Source: an uncultured Actinomycetota bacterium (GTDB lineage: Bacteria > Actinomycetota > Actinomycetes > JAHEKZ01). From it: a stretch of 64,000 bases of DNA. The notes below the pieces were generated by a model, which saw only the letters and a program-made list of their open reading frames with translations, did not search any database and was not told the origin of the DNA. The DNA lies in assembly GCA_963718235.1 (NCBI GenBank), contig CAVQYR010000001.1, positions 480,001 to 544,000 on the forward strand. Direction: 5' to 3'. This document shows, in pieces, positions 9,826 to 20,029 of the stretch. The translations under genes and the position numbers were made by a program. Every line of letters starts with the position of its first letter. The stretch's first letter is position 1.

Positions 9826-10604
9826 GCAGCGAGCACCTCGACCAGCTCAGCTGCGGTTCCGGCCAGCGACTGACCGTCGTCCTCCGGTCGGTCCTGGCCG
9901 GGCTCGACGAGGTGGACCAGGGCCTGGGTCGACCGGCGCACCGTCGAAGGATCCCGGTCGATCCGCTCACACGACTCGTCGAGCACGGCAGACTTGCGGC
10001 GAAACGACTCCAGCGTCGTCCATGCGTTCCACTCGTCGGCCCATCGCGCGGCGGCTGGGATGGTTCGTCGCTCCCCGCTGCCGCCGATCAGGATGGGTAA
10101 CCGCTGCTGTCGTGGCTTGGGTGCGCATGGTGCGTCGTCGAGTCGGTAGTACCGACCGTCGAAGGTGGTTCGCTCATCGCGCAACAGGGACGAGATGACC
10201 GAGCACGCCTCTTCGAACTGGTCGATCCGGACGCCGGGAGGTGGCAGCTCGATGCCGTAGGCGTGGTGCTCGTTGACCTGCCATCCGGCGCCGAGACCCA
10301 GCAGCAGCCGCCCGTCGCTCACCTGGTCGAGCGTGGCCGCCATGTTGGCCACGACGGCGGGATGGCGGTAGAGGTTGCCGAGCACGAGGGTCCCCAGTCG
10401 AAGTCGCGTCGTGCGCGCGGCGACGGCAGTCAGCGTCGTCCAGCCCTCGAGCACCGGCCCATCCGTGGGGCGCCCGGCCCCGTCGTTGGGCATGAAGTGG
10501 TCGTAGACGTAGAGGCCGTCCCACCCTGTGCGCTCGGCATGGTCTGCCATCGCAGCGATCTCCGACCACGGTCGCCGTTGGTCGGGCCAGACGCTGAAGC
10601 GCAT
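9693..10604 (-). CDS. LLM-class F420-dependent oxidoreductase
   Basis: DHFMP, EGWTTL, RLGTLVLGNLYRHP, ATLDQVSDGRLLLGLGAGW, PILIGGSGE. Confidence 0.88.
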   Translation of the reverse strand: MRFSVWPDQRRPWSEIAAMADHAERTGWDGLYVYDHFMPNDGAGRPTDGPVLEGWTTLTAVAARTTRLRLGTLVLGNLYRHPAVVANMAATLDQVSDGRLLLGLGAGWQVNEHHAYGIELPPPGVRIDQFEEACSVISSLLRDERTTFDGRYYRLDDAPCAPKPRQQRLPILIGGSGERRTIPAAARWADEWNAWTTLESFRRKSAVLDESCERIDRDPSTVRRSTQALVHLVEPGQDRPEDDGQSLAGTAAELVEVLAAYEEAGLDEFIVPDHVDVSLSERLDMLDRFNTEVAGRDSTSIRP

Positions 10605-10648
10605 GGATCGACGCTAGCCGACGGCTCGTCGCGCTGCGGGACTCGCTG

Positions 10649-11419
10649 TCACCTCGACACGGTCGCGTGCATCTCCCACACGAGGACCTCAGCGGGTTCG
10701 GTCGCCGTCACGGTGTGGCCGCCCACTCCTGTGAAGCGGACTGCGTCGCCGGTCCGAAGCGGGCCGGCCCCCTCGAGCTCGACCGCCCCACGAGGGACGA
10801 ACAGGTGCACGAACGGGGCGTCGGGCAAGGAGATGGTTCGTCCCGGCGACAGCCGGGCAGCGTGGAGTGCGGCGTAGCGGTTCTTGATCCGGATGGCCGA
10901 GTGACCCTCGTGCTTGCTCATCCCTGACGCCACGGGGACCAGCCCGCCCGCGAGCAGCTCGGCCTCGATCTCCAGCTGCTCGTAGCCGGGTGTGATGCCG
11001 GACTCGTCAGGCACGATCCACATCTGGACGAAGTGAACCGGCTCGTCGTGAGCGCTGCCGCCGTCGACGCGCCACGAGTCGTTCTTCTCACTGTGCAGGA
11101 TGCCCCGACCGGCGCTCATCCGCTGCGCGAGCCCGGGGTAGATGACCCCGGAGTGCCCGGTGGAGTCCTGGTGCACCAGCGACCCCCGCATCACCCAGGT
11201 GACGATCTCCATGTCGCGGTGCGGATGGGTCTCGAAGCCCGTCCCGGGCACGACCGTGTCGTCGTTGTTGACCAGGAGCAGACCGTGATGGGTGTTGGCG
11301 TGGTCGTAGTGGTGGCCGAAGGAGAACGAGTGCTTGGAGTCGAGCCAGCCCAGATCGGTCGCGAAACGCTCGTCGGCGCGGCGGATGTCCACCGGCTCGG
11401 CGGTTGTCGTGGGCATCAC
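10649..11419 (-). CDS. Pirin family protein
   Basis: GFETHPHRDMEIVTWV...HQDSTG...QRMSAGRGILHSE. Confidence 0.92.
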   Translation of the reverse strand: MMPTTTAEPVDIRRADERFATDLGWLDSKHSFSFGHHYDHANTHHGLLLVNNDDTVVPGTGFETHPHRDMEIVTWVMRGSLVHQDSTGHSGVIYPGLAQRMSAGRGILHSEKNDSWRVDGGSAHDEPVHFVQMWIVPDESGITPGYEQLEIEAELLAGGLVPVASGMSKHEGHSAIRIKNRYAALHAARLSPGRTISLPDAPFVHLFVPRGAVELEGAGPLRTGDAVRFTGVGGHTVTATEPAEVLVWEMHATVSR

Positions 11420-11480
11420 GTGCTCCTCGGTCGGTGCGGGTGGGGACGGTCAGTACCTTGCGCACAACATCGTTACGCCT

Positions 11481-12236
11481 TCAACTATTTCCACCGGCCG
11501 TGGGCAGGACCGTCGTGTAGGGGGTGACACAGGGGCGCCCTTCGGCGTGCTCGAAGTGGACGCCCTCCGCGGTGACCACCACGCTCGCGCTGCTCACCGT
11601 CCCGAACTCGGCCTCGTGGATGCATGCGGCCGTCTCAGGACCGTCACCGGCCCGTTCGTGCGAGCGCAGCACGGCGCGGAACCCCGCCGTCAGCGCGGCA
11701 ACGTCCTCGGCCGCATCGGCGACCTCCCGCGCCGCGCGAAGCAGGCTGCTCGCCTTGACGCTCGTGCGGTCGTCCGGATCCTGTTCGGTGATGACGTGGA
11801 CGCCAGGCAAGAGCGGACCGCCGCGTCGACCGGACTCGTCGTCCAGCGCCACCCAGGCAGCGGACGTACCGGACAGGTAGACGACGTTGACCGGGTTGTA
11901 CTCGAAAGGACGCAGCTGCGCCATCGCCCGGACGACGCTCGTGTCGTCACCGGCGTTGAGCAGCTCGGTGGGCAGCCCACCACGGGAGCGTCGGACTGGG
12001 TCACGCGCAGGGGGTCGCCCGTGCGGGTGACGGTTCGTCACGGCACAGACCCGTCCCTGTGGGTCCACCGCGAGCCAGGTGCCCCCTGCCAGTCGGTCCC
12101 GGCCACCCCACAGCGGCGGGTCCTCTTGCAGGAGCGCGGGCGGGTCGCTGGGTCGGCTGGTCGACTCGTCGCGGTTCGCGACGAGAACGAGGGGCGTCTC
12201 CGCTCGCCACTGCCAGGCGAACACGATGCTGCACAT
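11481..12236 (-). CDS. NRDE (TANGO2) family protein
   Basis: N-terminal MC, ANRDE, GGRDRLAGGTWL, SRGGL, FGTVSS. Confidence 0.9.
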   Translation of the reverse strand: MCSIVFAWQWRAETPLVLVANRDESTSRPSDPPALLQEDPPLWGGRDRLAGGTWLAVDPQGRVCAVTNRHPHGRPPARDPVRRSRGGLPTELLNAGDDTSVVRAMAQLRPFEYNPVNVVYLSGTSAAWVALDDESGRRGGPLLPGVHVITEQDPDDRTSVKASSLLRAAREVADAAEDVAALTAGFRAVLRSHERAGDGPETAACIHEAEFGTVSSASVVVTAEGVHFEHAEGRPCVTPYTTVLPTAGGNS

Positions 12237-12316
12237 GACCGAACCCTAGGCGCGAGGCATCGAACGGTAGGCCTGGAGTGGTTGCGCTGGCGGGTGACGG
12301 GCTCCACCATGGCGGG

Positions 12317-13855
12317 ATGGTCAGTCGGCGCGTGCTGCACGTGGTGGTCGTCATGGCGCTGGGTCTGATCACGGCCGGATGCACCTCCGGTGACGCCCTT
12401 GACTCCTCCGCTGAGGAGACCAAGGCGGGAAGCCCGACCCTGACCCGGCTCAACGTCATGTCGTTCAACATCGAGTACGGCGGAGAAGGGGTCGATTTCG
12501 GCAGTGTCTCCAAGGCGATCGAGGCGGCCGATGCGGACGTCGTGGCGATCCAGGAGGGTTTTGGGAAAGTCCCCGAGATCGCGGGCGACCTGGGGTGGGA
12601 CTACTACGACACGCGCGCTCAGGTGGTGTCGAAGTACCCCTTGCTGAGCCAGTCCGATCCACAGGATCGAGCGGTCTTCGTCGAGGTAGAGCCCGGGGCG
12701 GTCGCGGCCTTGATCAACCTGCACCTCTCGTCAACGAAGTACGGTCCCCAGCTGATCGACAACGGCAGAGCCACAGCGTCCGAGGTGTTGCGGAACGAAG
12801 AAGCTCTCCGCATGCCCGAGCTGGAGCCGGTGCTCGACGAGGCATCGTCGTTGACCGAGCGTGGCATCCCCGTGTTCGTCACGGGGGACTTCAACGCCCC
12901 GTCTCATCGCGACTGGACCACGGCGACGGTCGGGCTGCGCGACCACATGGCCTTCCCCTTGCAGTGGCCGACCAGTGTCGCGGCCGAAGCGTCCGGTCTG
13001 GTGGATGCCTACCGTGCACTGTTCCCGGACCCGGTGGAGGATCCTGGTCTGACCTGGCCGGCGAGCCGGCCGTTCGTTCCCGGCTACAACCCCGGACCCA
13101 ACGGTGCGGCAGCCGACCGCATCGACCTGATGTTCACCGGAGGCCCGGTGGAACCAGTCGAGGCCAGAATTGTCGGAGAGAAGGGCTCGGCGTTCACTGA
13201 CGTCGCGGTATCGCCGTGGCCCACGGACCACCGCGCTCTCGTCGTCCGCGCCGAGGTGCTGCTTGCCGCGCCCCCCACCTTGGTCACCATTGACCAACGA
13301 CTCGTGACGATCGGGCAGGAACGCAACGTGCGATACGTCTCGGACGCAGGAGAGGCGGCGGTGCTGGCCGTGGTCCCTGCGGCTGGAGCCGCCGAGGACT
13401 CGACCATCGAGAAGCAGCTCGATGACGCCGGGAGTGGTTCGTGGCTCCTCCCCACCAAGGAGCTGGAGCAGGGGGCCTATGAGGTCGTTCTGCTCGACGA
13501 CGTCGGCAACGAGCTGGCACGGTCTCCCTTCTGGCTCATCGAGCCCGGGACGACGCCCCAGCTCACGACCGACAAGCGGGTGTACAAGCCGGGCGAGCCG
13601 ATCGGGGTAACGTGGCTATACGCGCCCGGGAACAAGTGGGACTGGCTGGGCATCTACGAGAGAGACGCCGATCCGGAGGTCGCCTCGTACACGACCTGGA
13701 CCTACACGGGCGGGACCATCGCCGGCACCGAGAGCCTGGACGGGTCCGACTTCGGTGGTCCATGGCCGTTGGTACCGGGCGCGTACAGCGTCTACCTGCT
13801 CGTCGACGACAGCTACGAGAAGGTGGCAGGCGCCGACTTCGACGTCCGGCGGTAG
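12317..13855 (+). CDS. Endonuclease/exonuclease/phosphatase-domain lipoprotein with C-terminal beta-sandwich domains
   Basis: Lipobox LITAGC; MSFNI, DVVAIQE, TGDFNAPSH, RIDLM, TDHR. Confidence 0.8.
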   Translation: MVSRRVLHVVVVMALGLITAGCTSGDALDSSAEETKAGSPTLTRLNVMSFNIEYGGEGVDFGSVSKAIEAADADVVAIQEGFGKVPEIAGDLGWDYYDTRAQVVSKYPLLSQSDPQDRAVFVEVEPGAVAALINLHLSSTKYGPQLIDNGRATASEVLRNEEALRMPELEPVLDEASSLTERGIPVFVTGDFNAPSHRDWTTATVGLRDHMAFPLQWPTSVAAEASGLVDAYRALFPDPVEDPGLTWPASRPFVPGYNPGPNGAAADRIDLMFTGGPVEPVEARIVGEKGSAFTDVAVSPWPTDHRALVVRAEVLLAAPPTLVTIDQRLVTIGQERNVRYVSDAGEAAVLAVVPAAGAAEDSTIEKQLDDAGSGSWLLPTKELEQGAYEVVLLDDVGNELARSPFWLIEPGTTPQLTTDKRVYKPGEPIGVTWLYAPGNKWDWLGIYERDADPEVASYTTWTYTGGTIAGTESLDGSDFGGPWPLVPGAYSVYLLVDDSYEKVAGADFDVRR

Positions 13856-13879
13856 GTTCTGCGGGTCAGAGGAGAACAG

Positions 13880-15301
13880 TTGACCGCGGACGAACCGATG
13901 AGGCTGGGCGCACAGCGCGACGCCGTGCTCGACCACGCCGCCGACCTCGTCAAGGAAGCATGGCGGTCGTTCGACGACGCTCGACCCACCGAGCCGACCA
14001 TGGACGACCGGGCTCTCGCCCTGCTCGCCGAGCGACTGCCGGAGGGCGCGCTCGACCCGGCGTCCGCACTCGATGAGCTCACGCATGTCCTCGACCGTTC
14101 GATCGCCCAGTCGCGCCCTCGCTACCTGGCCTACGTCGGCTCCAGCGGTCTCGAGATCGGGGCGGTCGCCGACCTCATCGCGGCCTCCTACGACGTCAAC
14201 CTCGCCGTCGACGCTCGGGCGGCCTCTCGGCTGGAGGAGCAGGCCGCCTCTTGGCTCAGTGACTTCCTCGGCTACCCGGCCGCCGGGGGGTGGTTCACCA
14301 GCGGGGGGACGGTCTCGAACCTGTCCGGCCTGGCCGCGGCCCGCGAGCGGGCGCTGCCCGGGTCCCGTCGCGACGGCATGTTCGGCGTCCGGTCCGCGCT
14401 GTACTGCTCGGCCGAGGCCCACTACTCGGTGAGCCGCGGCGCCGAGCTGCTCGGCATGGGCTCTCGGTCGGTGCGCGACATCCCAGTCGACCCGACGACG
14501 CGGCGGATGCGCACCAGTGAGCTGCGCAGCGCGCTCGAGTCCGACCTCGCAGCCGGGGTCGTGCCGGTGGCGGTCGTCGGGACCGCGGGGACGACGCTGA
14601 CCGGGGCCGTCGACCCGCTCGACGAGATCGCCGACATCTGTGCCGAGCACCGGGTCTGGATGCACGTCGACGGGGCCTACGGCCTGCCCGCGGCCGCGAC
14701 GTCGAGACACACCCTCTTCACCGGGCTGGACCGTGCCGACTCGGTGTCGGTCGATGCGCACAAGTGGTTGTTCGTGCCCAAGGCATGCAGCGCTGTACTG
14801 ACCAAGCACCCGTCCGCCTTCGCCGCCGTGTTCTCCCATGACGAGGCGTACATGCCCCACCAGGAGTCGACCCACAACGCGGTCGACCTCACCCTGGAGT
14901 ACTCACGCCCGCTGCGTGCCCTCAAGCTCTGGCTCGCCTTCCGGGTCCACGGGGCGCACGAGGTCCGGTCGGCCCTGGAGCGCAACCTGGGCCAGGCCCG
15001 GCTGTGCTACGACCTGAGCGCCAGGTCCGCCGACTTCGAGGTCATGTCATTGCCGCCAGCACTGTCGGTCGTCCCGATCAGGCACATGGTGCCGGGCTGT
15101 CCCGACGTCGACGCGCACAACCGGCTGCTGGCCCAGAGACTGCAGGACGACGGACGAGTCTTCATCTCGCCCGGGACGATCGACGGGCAGGACTGGCTGC
15201 GCCCGTGCTTCACCAACGTGCGGACGAGAACAAGCGACGTCGAGGTCCTCCTCGAGGTCGTCAGGGAACTGGGGGGCGCCCTGTGCCCCCAGCATCGTTG
15301 A
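13880..15301 (+). CDS. Group II PLP-dependent (aromatic amino acid-type) decarboxylase
   Basis: FTSGGTVSN, AHYSV, GTAGTTLTGAVDPL, HVDGAYG, DAHKW (PLP Lys); GAGGAG RBS before TTG. Confidence 0.88.
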   Translation: MTADEPMRLGAQRDAVLDHAADLVKEAWRSFDDARPTEPTMDDRALALLAERLPEGALDPASALDELTHVLDRSIAQSRPRYLAYVGSSGLEIGAVADLIAASYDVNLAVDARAASRLEEQAASWLSDFLGYPAAGGWFTSGGTVSNLSGLAAARERALPGSRRDGMFGVRSALYCSAEAHYSVSRGAELLGMGSRSVRDIPVDPTTRRMRTSELRSALESDLAAGVVPVAVVGTAGTTLTGAVDPLDEIADICAEHRVWMHVDGAYGLPAAATSRHTLFTGLDRADSVSVDAHKWLFVPKACSAVLTKHPSAFAAVFSHDEAYMPHQESTHNAVDLTLEYSRPLRALKLWLAFRVHGAHEVRSALERNLGQARLCYDLSARSADFEVMSLPPALSVVPIRHMVPGCPDVDAHNRLLAQRLQDDGRVFISPGTIDGQDWLRPCFTNVRTRTSDVEVLLEVVRELGGALCPQHR

Positions 15302-15320
15302 GTCGAACGAGAGCAGGCTG

Positions 15321-16553
15321 ATGACGGACGACGACCAGCAGCGAGCACCCAGCGATCGGGCCGAGGCCGCGGTCGCGGACTTCCTGGCCGCGGTGACCGT
15401 CGACGACCTGGACCGAGACCCCTACCCGATCTACGCCCGCCTTCGCCGCGAGGCACCAGTGGCTCACGTACCTGCGGTCGACACCTGGTTCGTCACTCGG
15501 TACGACGACGTCACCTTCGTCGCCGAGCACCCCGAGCTGTTCCCCGCCGAGCACGGTGAGTCCCCGGTCGAGGTCACCTTCGGCAAGCCCACCTTGATCA
15601 CCGTCGACGGTCCCGTGCACCACGACCTGCGGCGCAGCTTCGACCCGAACTTCCGCCCACGTCGGGTCCAGGAGTACGTCGACGACCTGGTTCGGCCCTT
15701 GGCCCTTCGTCGCGCCGGCGGGCTGACCGGACTTAGTGAGGCCGAGCTGATGGCGGAGTACTTCGAGCCGATCTCGGTGCTCAGCCTCGCGTCGGTGCTC
15801 GGTCTTGGGGACGTCGACGTCGAGACGCTGCGGCGCTGGTTCCACGGCATGAACCTCGGTGCGACGAACTTCGAGCGCGACCCGGACAAGCAGGCCGAGG
15901 CGGATGCCGTCTGCGCCGAGATCGACGCAGTCGCCGTCCCGCGCATGGAGCGACTCCTGACCGAGCCCGACGACTCGACGATGTCCCACCTGCTCCATGC
16001 GGGCGCTCCGCAGGGTCAGCCGCGGGCGATCGAGCACGTGCTGCCTTCGCTGAAGGTCGCGATCCTGGGCGGGATGCAGGAACCCGGGCACGCCGCCGGC
16101 ACCGTGATGTGTGGTCTGTTCAGCCAGCCGGACCAGCTGGCTGAGGTTCGCTCCGACCCGGTCGCGATGGTGGTCCCGGCGGTCGAGGAGGGCCTGCGGT
16201 GGGTCGCGCCGATCGGCACCCAGTTCCGTACGGCGGGCCGCGACGTCGAGCTCGGCGGAGCCACGATCCCCGCGGGGGCCGGAGTCTCCGCAGTGCTGGC
16301 GTCGGCCAACCGCGACGAGTCGCTGTTCGACGACCCGGACCGGTTCGACCTGCACCGCTCCAACCGCAAGCAGGCCGCCTTCGGCTTCGGCAAGCACTTC
16401 TGCTCCGGCCACTCCTTCGCCCGAAGGCAGATGCAGATCGCGGTCGAGGTGCTGTTCGCCACGTGCCCGGACGTGCGACCGGTACCGGACCGACCGGCCC
16501 GCTTCCGTGGCTGGGAGTTCAGGGCGCCGGCGGAGCTACCGGTCCTGCTGTAG
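15321..16553 (+). CDS. Cytochrome P450, CYP255/GcoA-like (aromatic O-dealkylase-like)
   Basis: EGLRW, FGFGKHFCSG heme motif; I-helix GGMQEPGH (GcoA has GAMQEPGH); GcoA-like segments TFGKP, DDLVRPLA, FRGWEFRAP. Confidence 0.85.
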   Translation: MTDDDQQRAPSDRAEAAVADFLAAVTVDDLDRDPYPIYARLRREAPVAHVPAVDTWFVTRYDDVTFVAEHPELFPAEHGESPVEVTFGKPTLITVDGPVHHDLRRSFDPNFRPRRVQEYVDDLVRPLALRRAGGLTGLSEAELMAEYFEPISVLSLASVLGLGDVDVETLRRWFHGMNLGATNFERDPDKQAEADAVCAEIDAVAVPRMERLLTEPDDSTMSHLLHAGAPQGQPRAIEHVLPSLKVAILGGMQEPGHAAGTVMCGLFSQPDQLAEVRSDPVAMVVPAVEEGLRWVAPIGTQFRTAGRDVELGGATIPAGAGVSAVLASANRDESLFDDPDRFDLHRSNRKQAAFGFGKHFCSGHSFARRQMQIAVEVLFATCPDVRPVPDRPARFRGWEFRAPAELPVLL

Positions 16554-17270
16554 CCGGGCGGCGTCGACGAAGGCGCGCACGATCGCCCTCTGCTGCGCGT
16601 CGTCGGCCATGTCCTCCGGGTGCCACTGCACGCCGAGGAACCACCAGCCGTCGCGACCCACGGTCGCGACCGCCTCGACGGTGCCGTCGTCCGCCCTGGC
16701 CAACGTCCGCAGACCCGCACCCAGTGTGTCGATGCGCTGGTGGTGGTAGCACGAGACGGCGAGGTCGTCGGTGACGTCGACTCCCTTGGGCCAGCCGTCG
16801 CCGTCGACCTCGACGGTGTGCCGCACCTCGGTGTGCACGACCTCGCGGTGAGGCTCCTCCATGTGCTGCTCGAGGGTTCCGCCCAACGCCACGTTGACGA
16901 CGTGCAGTCCACGGCAGACCGCGAGCAGCGGAACGCCACGGTCGAGCGCCCAGGTGGCTACTGCGAGGTCCATGGAGTCCTGCACGGTGTCGACGTCGTA
17001 GAGATGCTCGGAGTCGACGTCCTGGCCGTAGCGGCGTGGGTCGAGGTCGCCACCGCCGGGCAGCAGGATCCCGTCGATGAAGCTCAGCCGCTCACCTACC
17101 TCCTGGGGACTGAGTGCGTCGACATCGGGCCACGGCAGCAGGGACAGGGGCTCACCGCCGGCCTCATGGACCATCGTGAGCAGCGCTCGCGCGTTGACGG
17201 CAGCGGCGTACCTGAGGGCCGAGGTGGCGGCGGCGAACCGGGCCGGGATGCCGATCAGCGGGCGACTCAC
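16536..17270 (-). CDS. Gamma-glutamyl-amide hydrolase, PuuD/peptidase C26 family
   Basis: LLPGGGDLDP, LLAVCRG, YHHQ, GVQWHPE. Confidence 0.88.
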   Translation of the reverse strand: MSRPLIGIPARFAAATSALRYAAAVNARALLTMVHEAGGEPLSLLPWPDVDALSPQEVGERLSFIDGILLPGGGDLDPRRYGQDVDSEHLYDVDTVQDSMDLAVATWALDRGVPLLAVCRGLHVVNVALGGTLEQHMEEPHREVVHTEVRHTVEVDGDGWPKGVDVTDDLAVSCYHHQRIDTLGAGLRTLARADDGTVEAVATVGRDGWWFLGVQWHPEDMADDAQQRAIVRAFVDAARLQQDR

Positions 17271-18514
17271 CCGGCAGCGACCTTCACCGGGAATCGCTTG
17301 ATGCCATGGATGAAGTTCGAACGCACGTGCTCGACCTCACCGTTCAGCTCGAGGTGGACGTCGCGGCGCAGGAGCTCCTCGATCATGATCCGGACCTCCA
17401 GGCGCGCCAGCTGGTTGCCCAGGCAGAAGTGCGGACCGCCCTTGCCGAACGTCACGTGGTCGTTGTTCGTGCGCTTGATGTCGAAGACGTCGGGGGCTTC
17501 GAAGACAGCCTCGTCCCGGTTGCCGGAGGCGTACCACATGACGACTTTGTCGCCTTCTCGGATACTCCGGCCGTGCAGCTCGTGGTCGCGGGTCGCGGTG
17601 CGGCGGAAGTGGTAGACGGGTGAGGCCCAGCGCAGGAACTCCTCGACCGCTGCGGGAAGGAGCTCGGGCTGCTCGCGCAGTGTCTCCGCGGCGTCGGGAT
17701 GCTCGATGAGTGCCCGCATGGTGTGCGACAGCGTGTGCCGGGTCGTCTCGTTGCCAGCGGCGACCAGTAGCAGGAAGTAGTTGTGGAAGTCACGCTCGGA
17801 CAGCGGGACGCCGTCCTCTGGCACCTGGTTCACGAGCTTGCTGACGAGGTCGGTTCCGGAGCCTCCTTGGCGTTCACGGGCGAGGGAGTCGCCGTAGGCG
17901 AAGACCTCGAGTGCGGCAGGGGAGCGGAACGGAAGGTCGCGGTACTGCTCGGACTCCTCGCTCTCCAGCAGGACGTCGGCATAGTCGGGGTCGGTGTTGC
18001 CGACCAGCCGGTTGCTCCACTTGATGAACTGGTCACCCATCTCGTCGGGAACGTCCATCAGGCGGACCAGCACCCGGATCGGGTAGTCGGCGCTGACCGA
18101 CTTCACGAAGTCGAACTCGCCCTGGGCGAACGCAGCGTCCAAGGTGACCGCAGTGAGTCCGCGCAGGAATGTCTCGTAACCGGCCAGGCCACGTGCGGTG
18201 AACTCCCGCTGCAGCAGGCGGCGCAGGGCCCAGTGGCGGGCGCCGTCGGTCTCGAGCATCGACTTGCGCACCTCGAGCTGCGAGGCATCCAGCTCTTCGA
18301 TGCCCACCGCCCCGCGCTCGGAGGAGTACGTCTCGTCGTCCCGGCCGACCGCGACGATGTCGTCGTGGCGGGTCAGCGACCAGAAGCCGTGGTTCGGGGA
18401 AGGCTCGGGGTTCCAGTGGACCGGAGCCTGCTCGCGCAGCACGCGGAACGCGCCCCAGGGGGCGCCACCGGCGAAGAGGTCGAGGTCGGAGAGGTCGATG
18501 TCGTCAGGGGTCAC
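17267..18514 (-). CDS. Cytochrome P450
   Basis: AGNETT, EEFLRW, SGNRDE, FGKGGPHFCLG. Confidence 0.93.
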   Translation of the reverse strand: MTPDDIDLSDLDLFAGGAPWGAFRVLREQAPVHWNPEPSPNHGFWSLTRHDDIVAVGRDDETYSSERGAVGIEELDASQLEVRKSMLETDGARHWALRRLLQREFTARGLAGYETFLRGLTAVTLDAAFAQGEFDFVKSVSADYPIRVLVRLMDVPDEMGDQFIKWSNRLVGNTDPDYADVLLESEESEQYRDLPFRSPAALEVFAYGDSLARERQGGSGTDLVSKLVNQVPEDGVPLSERDFHNYFLLLVAAGNETTRHTLSHTMRALIEHPDAAETLREQPELLPAAVEEFLRWASPVYHFRRTATRDHELHGRSIREGDKVVMWYASGNRDEAVFEAPDVFDIKRTNNDHVTFGKGGPHFCLGNQLARLEVRIMIEELLRRDVHLELNGEVEHVRSNFIHGIKRFPVKVAAG

Positions 18515-18545
18515 GGGGCAGCTCCCGGTCTGGACGCGCGGGCGG

Positions 18546-19895
18546 TCAGAGGTGGTAGGAGTACTCGCGGAACTCCCAGTCGGTGACGAAGCGCTCGAAG
18601 CGCTCGATCTCGTTGCGCTTGTAGGTGACGAACGAGGTCACGAAGTACTCGCCCAGGGCCTCGCCGAGCACCGTGTCGGCCTCCAGCGCGTCGAGGGCGG
18701 CGACGAGGGTCTGCGGCAGCATCGGTGCGGACTCGGGGTCGTAGCCGTAGCCCTCCAGTGGCGCCGGAAGCTCGAGCTTGTCCCGCACGCCGATGTAGAT
18801 CGCGGCACCGACCGCCGCCATGATCAGGTACGGGTTGGCCGTGGCGTCGCCCAGCCGGACCTCCATCCGGGCGCCGGGGCCGCGCTCCGGCGGGACGCGC
18901 AGCATCGCGCTGCGGTTGTCCAGGCCCCAGTCGATGAGCCAGGGGGCCAGGGTGTCCGGGCCGAACCGCTTGTAGGAGTTGATCGTGGGGTTCGCGATGG
19001 CGGCGAGCGCGGGGGCGTGACGCAGGACACCGGCGATCGCGTGGCGTCCGACGGCTGAAAGGCCGTGCTCGCCGTCGGGGTCGCCGAACACGTTGGTTCC
19101 GGCGTCGTCGTTGAGCGAGACGTGGAGGTGGAAGCCGGAGCCGCCCTCGTCGTTGAAGGGCTTGGCCATGAAGGTGGCGAGCATGCCCTCGTAGCGGGCG
19201 ATCTCCTGGACGGCCGACTTCATCCGGAAGGCCCGGTCGGCGGCATCGACCAGCTCGGTGTGGTTGAGGTTGATCTCGAACTGACCTGGACTGAACTCGT
19301 GGTTGGCCGCGGTCACTTGCAGATCTGCGTCACGTAGCCAGCGCAGCGTGCGCAGCAGGATGCCGTTGGGGTCGCCCTTGCGGCCGACGACATAGACGTT
19401 GCCGGTGCTGTCGGCGTACCGGCTGTACCCGCTCGGCGTCGACGGGTCGGGTTCGCAGAGGTAGTACTCGAGCTCGGGTCCCACGATCGCGGTCAGGCCG
19501 ACCTCGGACAGCAGCCCCGCAACGCGGCGTACGACGTTGCGCGGTGACTCCGGTGCGGGAGACCCGTCGACCAGGAAGGCGTCGCCGAGGCAGCTTCGCG
19601 CTCCGGGCTCCCAGGGCATCGGTGCCAAGGTGGCGAAGTCGGGTCTGACCAGCACGTCGGGGAGCCCGGCCTCGATGCCTCCCTGCACCGGGACGACGTC
19701 GCCCATCGGGCTGGTGTGGTAGGTCGCCCGGCAGAAGGCCATTCCGTGTCCAGCGGCGGTCTTGAGCTCATCGATGAGGACGTCACGCCCTCGGTCGACC
19801 CCGATCATGTCGGGGAACGAGACGCGCACGACGTCGATCCCCTCGGAGCGCAGCTGCTCCACAACCTGCCGGACGTCCGCGCTCTCGCTGCCCAC
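18546..19895 (-). CDS. Glutamine synthetase-like gamma-glutamyl-amine ligase (PuuA/IpuC/GlnA3-4-like)
   Basis: GPELEYY, HEFSPGQFE, TFMAKP, GSGFHLH, NSYKRF, DNRSAMLRVP, EVRLGD. AGGAGG RBS before GTG 19895; co-oriented with a P450 and a PuuD-like gene. Confidence 0.85.
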   Translation of the reverse strand: MGSESADVRQVVEQLRSEGIDVVRVSFPDMIGVDRGRDVLIDELKTAAGHGMAFCRATYHTSPMGDVVPVQGGIEAGLPDVLVRPDFATLAPMPWEPGARSCLGDAFLVDGSPAPESPRNVVRRVAGLLSEVGLTAIVGPELEYYLCEPDPSTPSGYSRYADSTGNVYVVGRKGDPNGILLRTLRWLRDADLQVTAANHEFSPGQFEINLNHTELVDAADRAFRMKSAVQEIARYEGMLATFMAKPFNDEGGSGFHLHVSLNDDAGTNVFGDPDGEHGLSAVGRHAIAGVLRHAPALAAIANPTINSYKRFGPDTLAPWLIDWGLDNRSAMLRVPPERGPGARMEVRLGDATANPYLIMAAVGAAIYIGVRDKLELPAPLEGYGYDPESAPMLPQTLVAALDALEADTVLGEALGEYFVTSFVTYKRNEIERFERFVTDWEFREYSYHL

Positions 19896-19913
19896 GGTGC
19901 CTCCTGGGAACTC

Positions 19914-19927
19914 GTTTGGACCCGAAC
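19914..19927. promoter_or_regulatory. Operator copy 1 (GTTTGGACCCGAAC)
   Basis: Imperfect palindrome between the divergent GS-like and LLM genes; one of five similar sites. Confidence 0.7.
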
Positions 19928-20029
19928 CATAGTGACGGGGCTCGCCCGGCACAAGGGCTTCGTCCAGTCTTCCGGCACGGCGGCGGCGTGGGTAGGGTCC
20001 GGCGCAGCCCAGTCGTCCAGGAGGCGTCC

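Noticed and set aside
1355-19895. Heliorhodopsin regulating the glutamine-synthetase-like enzyme
   Set aside because: The genes are ~16 kb apart, and the GS-like gene belongs to a separate operator-defined catabolic unit.
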